From contig JBGAML010000005.1 in the NCBI GenBank assembly GCA_044223005.1, positions 229,409 to 293,408 of the forward strand: a DNA stretch of 64,000 bases, written 5' to 3'. The notes below the pieces were generated by a model. The model saw nothing but the letters and a program-made list of their open reading frames with translations, did not search any database and was not told the DNA's origin. The DNA is from Candidatus Eiseniibacteriota bacterium (lineage in GTDB: Bacteria; Eisenbacteria; RBG-16-71-46). Position numbers and translations under genes: made by a program. Numbering within the stretch: the first letter of the stretch is position 1; each line of letters starts with the position of its first letter. This document shows, in pieces, positions 62,409 through 64,000 of the stretch.

Positions 62409-63039
62409 GGGCGGCCTCCGTCGAGTCGAAGAGCAGCCGGCGCCCTGCGAGCGACCACGGCCGGGTGACGAACAGGTGCACGGCTTCCGGGTAGAGCGCG
62501 TGCTCGGCGTCGTGGACCCGCGCCTCGAGCGTCTCGAGCGTGTCGTCCTCGCGCACGTCCACCGCGCGCTGCGCCACGATCGGGCCACCGTCGAGCGACG
62601 CGTCGACGACGTGGACCGTGCAGCCGGTGACGCGCACACCGGCGCGCCAGGCCTGCCCGATCGCGTCGAGTCCCGGGAAGCTCGGCAGCAGCGACGGGTG
62701 CAGGTTGAGGATCCGCCCGGCGTAGGCCTCGAGCAGCGGCGCGTGCAGGCGGCGCATGAACCCGGCGAGCAGGACGAGATCGACGCTGCGCGAGCGCAGG
62801 GCCTCGACCCACGGGGCCTCGTCCTCGAGCCGCGTGCGGTGGCGGCCCACCGGGGGCGTGAGCGCCTCGATGCCGAGACGGCGGGCGCGCTGGAGCGCGA
62901 ACGCCCCGGGCTGGTCGGCGAGCAGCAGCACGATCGAGCCGCCCAGCATGCCGCGCGAAGCGGCGGAGGCGAGCGCCTCGAAGTTGGAGCCGTTGCCGGA
63001 GGCCAGCACGGCGATGCGCGCAGGACGGGGCGAGAGCAC
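62401..63039 (-). CDS. purN: Phosphoribosylglycinamide formyltransferase
   Basis: LASGNGSN, LAGFMR, LNLHPSLLP.FPG, TGCTVH.V...LD.GPI..Q. Confidence 0.96.
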   Translation of the reverse strand: MLSPRPARIAVLASGNGSNFEALASAASRGMLGGSIVLLLADQPGAFALQRARRLGIEALTPPVGRHRTRLEDEAPWVEALRSRSVDLVLLAGFMRRLHAPLLEAYAGRILNLHPSLLPSFPGLDAIGQAWRAGVRVTGCTVHVVDASLDGGPIVAQRAVDVREDDTLETLEARVHDAEHALYPEAVHLFVTRPWSLAGRRLLFDSTEAARG

Positions 63040-63087
63040 GCCGCAATCTAGCCCGAGGGGCCGCGAGCAGCAAGCGGCGCGGGGCCT

Positions 63088-64000
63088 TCACGGCTGCGGC
63101 CCGCGCGCCGGTTGCGGACGATTCACCGGCTCGGGCCGCGGCGGCTCCCGGCGCCAGTCGATCCGGCGCACGCCCGCCGGAGAGCAGGCGTACCAGATCG
63201 CCCCGTCGCGATCCGTGCGATCGAGCGCCGCCCGCACGGCCGCCAGGTGCGCGAGCGCGACCGGGTGCGGATGCCCGTAGGCATTGCGGCGTCCCACGGA
63301 GAGCAACGCGCGCCGGGGCGCGACCCGGCGCACGAACGCCGCACCGCTCGAGGAACCCGAGCCGTGGTGCCCCGCCTTGAGCACACCGACCGGCGGCCCG
63401 ACGTCCAGCGCCTCCTCGACCAGGCTGTCCGCGTCGGCCATGAGCAACGCCCGCCCGCGCGCCTCGCCCGCGACGAGCACGAGTGCGGCGGCGTTGTCGC
63501 CGCGGCGTGCGAGCGCCTCGCCCGGCTCGTCCGGCCGGGGCGGCCAGAGCACCACCACCACCGCCGGCGCGCTCCGCAGCGTATCGCCGCGCCCGAGCGG
63601 CCGCGCGCCGAAGCGTGCGGCCGGGCCCGGGACGCCCGGCCGCGGCGCGGGGGCGCCGGTTGCGCGCACGCCGACGTCGCGGCGCACCGCGCGTGCGCCG
63701 CCGGTGTGGTCGCTGTCGTCGTGCGTGAGCAGCAGCTGGTCGAGCGTGCGCACGCCGGCCCAGCGCAGGAACGGCACCACGGCGGTCTCGCCCGCGTCCC
63801 CGCGCGAGGTGCGCGGGCCCGCGTCCACGAGCCACCAGCCGTCCGCGAACCCGAGCGCGAGCGCATCGCCCTGCCCGACGTCGATCGCGACCAGCCACCA
63901 CGCTCCCGGCGGCGGCGCGAGCGGCCGGGTGGTGGCGGCCGCGAGCACGGCGCACCCGACGAGCAAGCCGCCGGTCGCGCCCGCGAGCGTGCGCGCGGGC
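63088..64000 (-). CDS. comEC: ComEC/Rec2 competence protein, C-terminal MBL domain (5' part outside the window)
   Basis: IDVGQGDA, LVDAG, LTHDDSDH.GG, LKAGHHGS..SS, SVG..N.YGHP. Confidence 0.88.
   Translation of the reverse strand, partial: PARTLAGATGGLLVGCAVLAAATTRPLAPPPGAWWLVAIDVGQGDALALGFADGWWLVDAGPRTSRGDAGETAVVPFLRWAGVRTLDQLLLTHDDSDHTGGARAVRRDVGVRATGAPAPRPGVPGPAARFGARPLGRGDTLRSAPAVVVVLWPPRPDEPGEALARRGDNAAALVLVAGEARGRALLMADADSLVEEALDVGPPVGVLKAGHHGSGSSSGAAFVRRVAPRRALLSVGRRNAYGHPHPVALAHLAAVRAALDRTDRDGAIWYACSPAGVRRIDWRREPPRPEPVNRPQPARGPQP

Overview
Very GC-rich core-chromosome segment of a diderm bacterium. It encodes LptE, a BamA-type barrel and a TonB-dependent receptor; the lineage cannot be fixed without a search. 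About 50 CDS and one tRNA-Arg(CCG) are present, with no CRISPR array, rRNA, transposase or prophage genes. The window very probably spans the replication terminus: a 28-bp dif site lies at 15155-15182, genes converge from both sides (mostly + before ~18.7 kb, mostly - after), and both xerD and xerC lie within ~27 kb. The most notable observations are: (1) dif is fused to a 22-bp hairpin that duplicates its XerD arm in inverted orientation, resembling the junction left by a CTXphi-type ssDNA element that uses Xer; (2) a YqhH-like SNF2 ATPase carries an N-terminal UvrD/PcrA-type Tudor domain and is tightly coupled to a beta-CASP nuclease and a Zn-finger partner downstream of uvrC-xerD, a candidate RNA-polymerase removal/repair module; (3) a consensus sigma-54 promoter precedes a diguanylate cyclase, diamino-sugar genes and a sensor kinase with a CxxC..CxxC insert plus its NtrC-type activator; (4) a perfect SOS-box-like palindrome lies upstream of an SplB-like radical SAM gene. 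All calls come from motif recognition by eye. No database searches were run, and start codons are best estimates.
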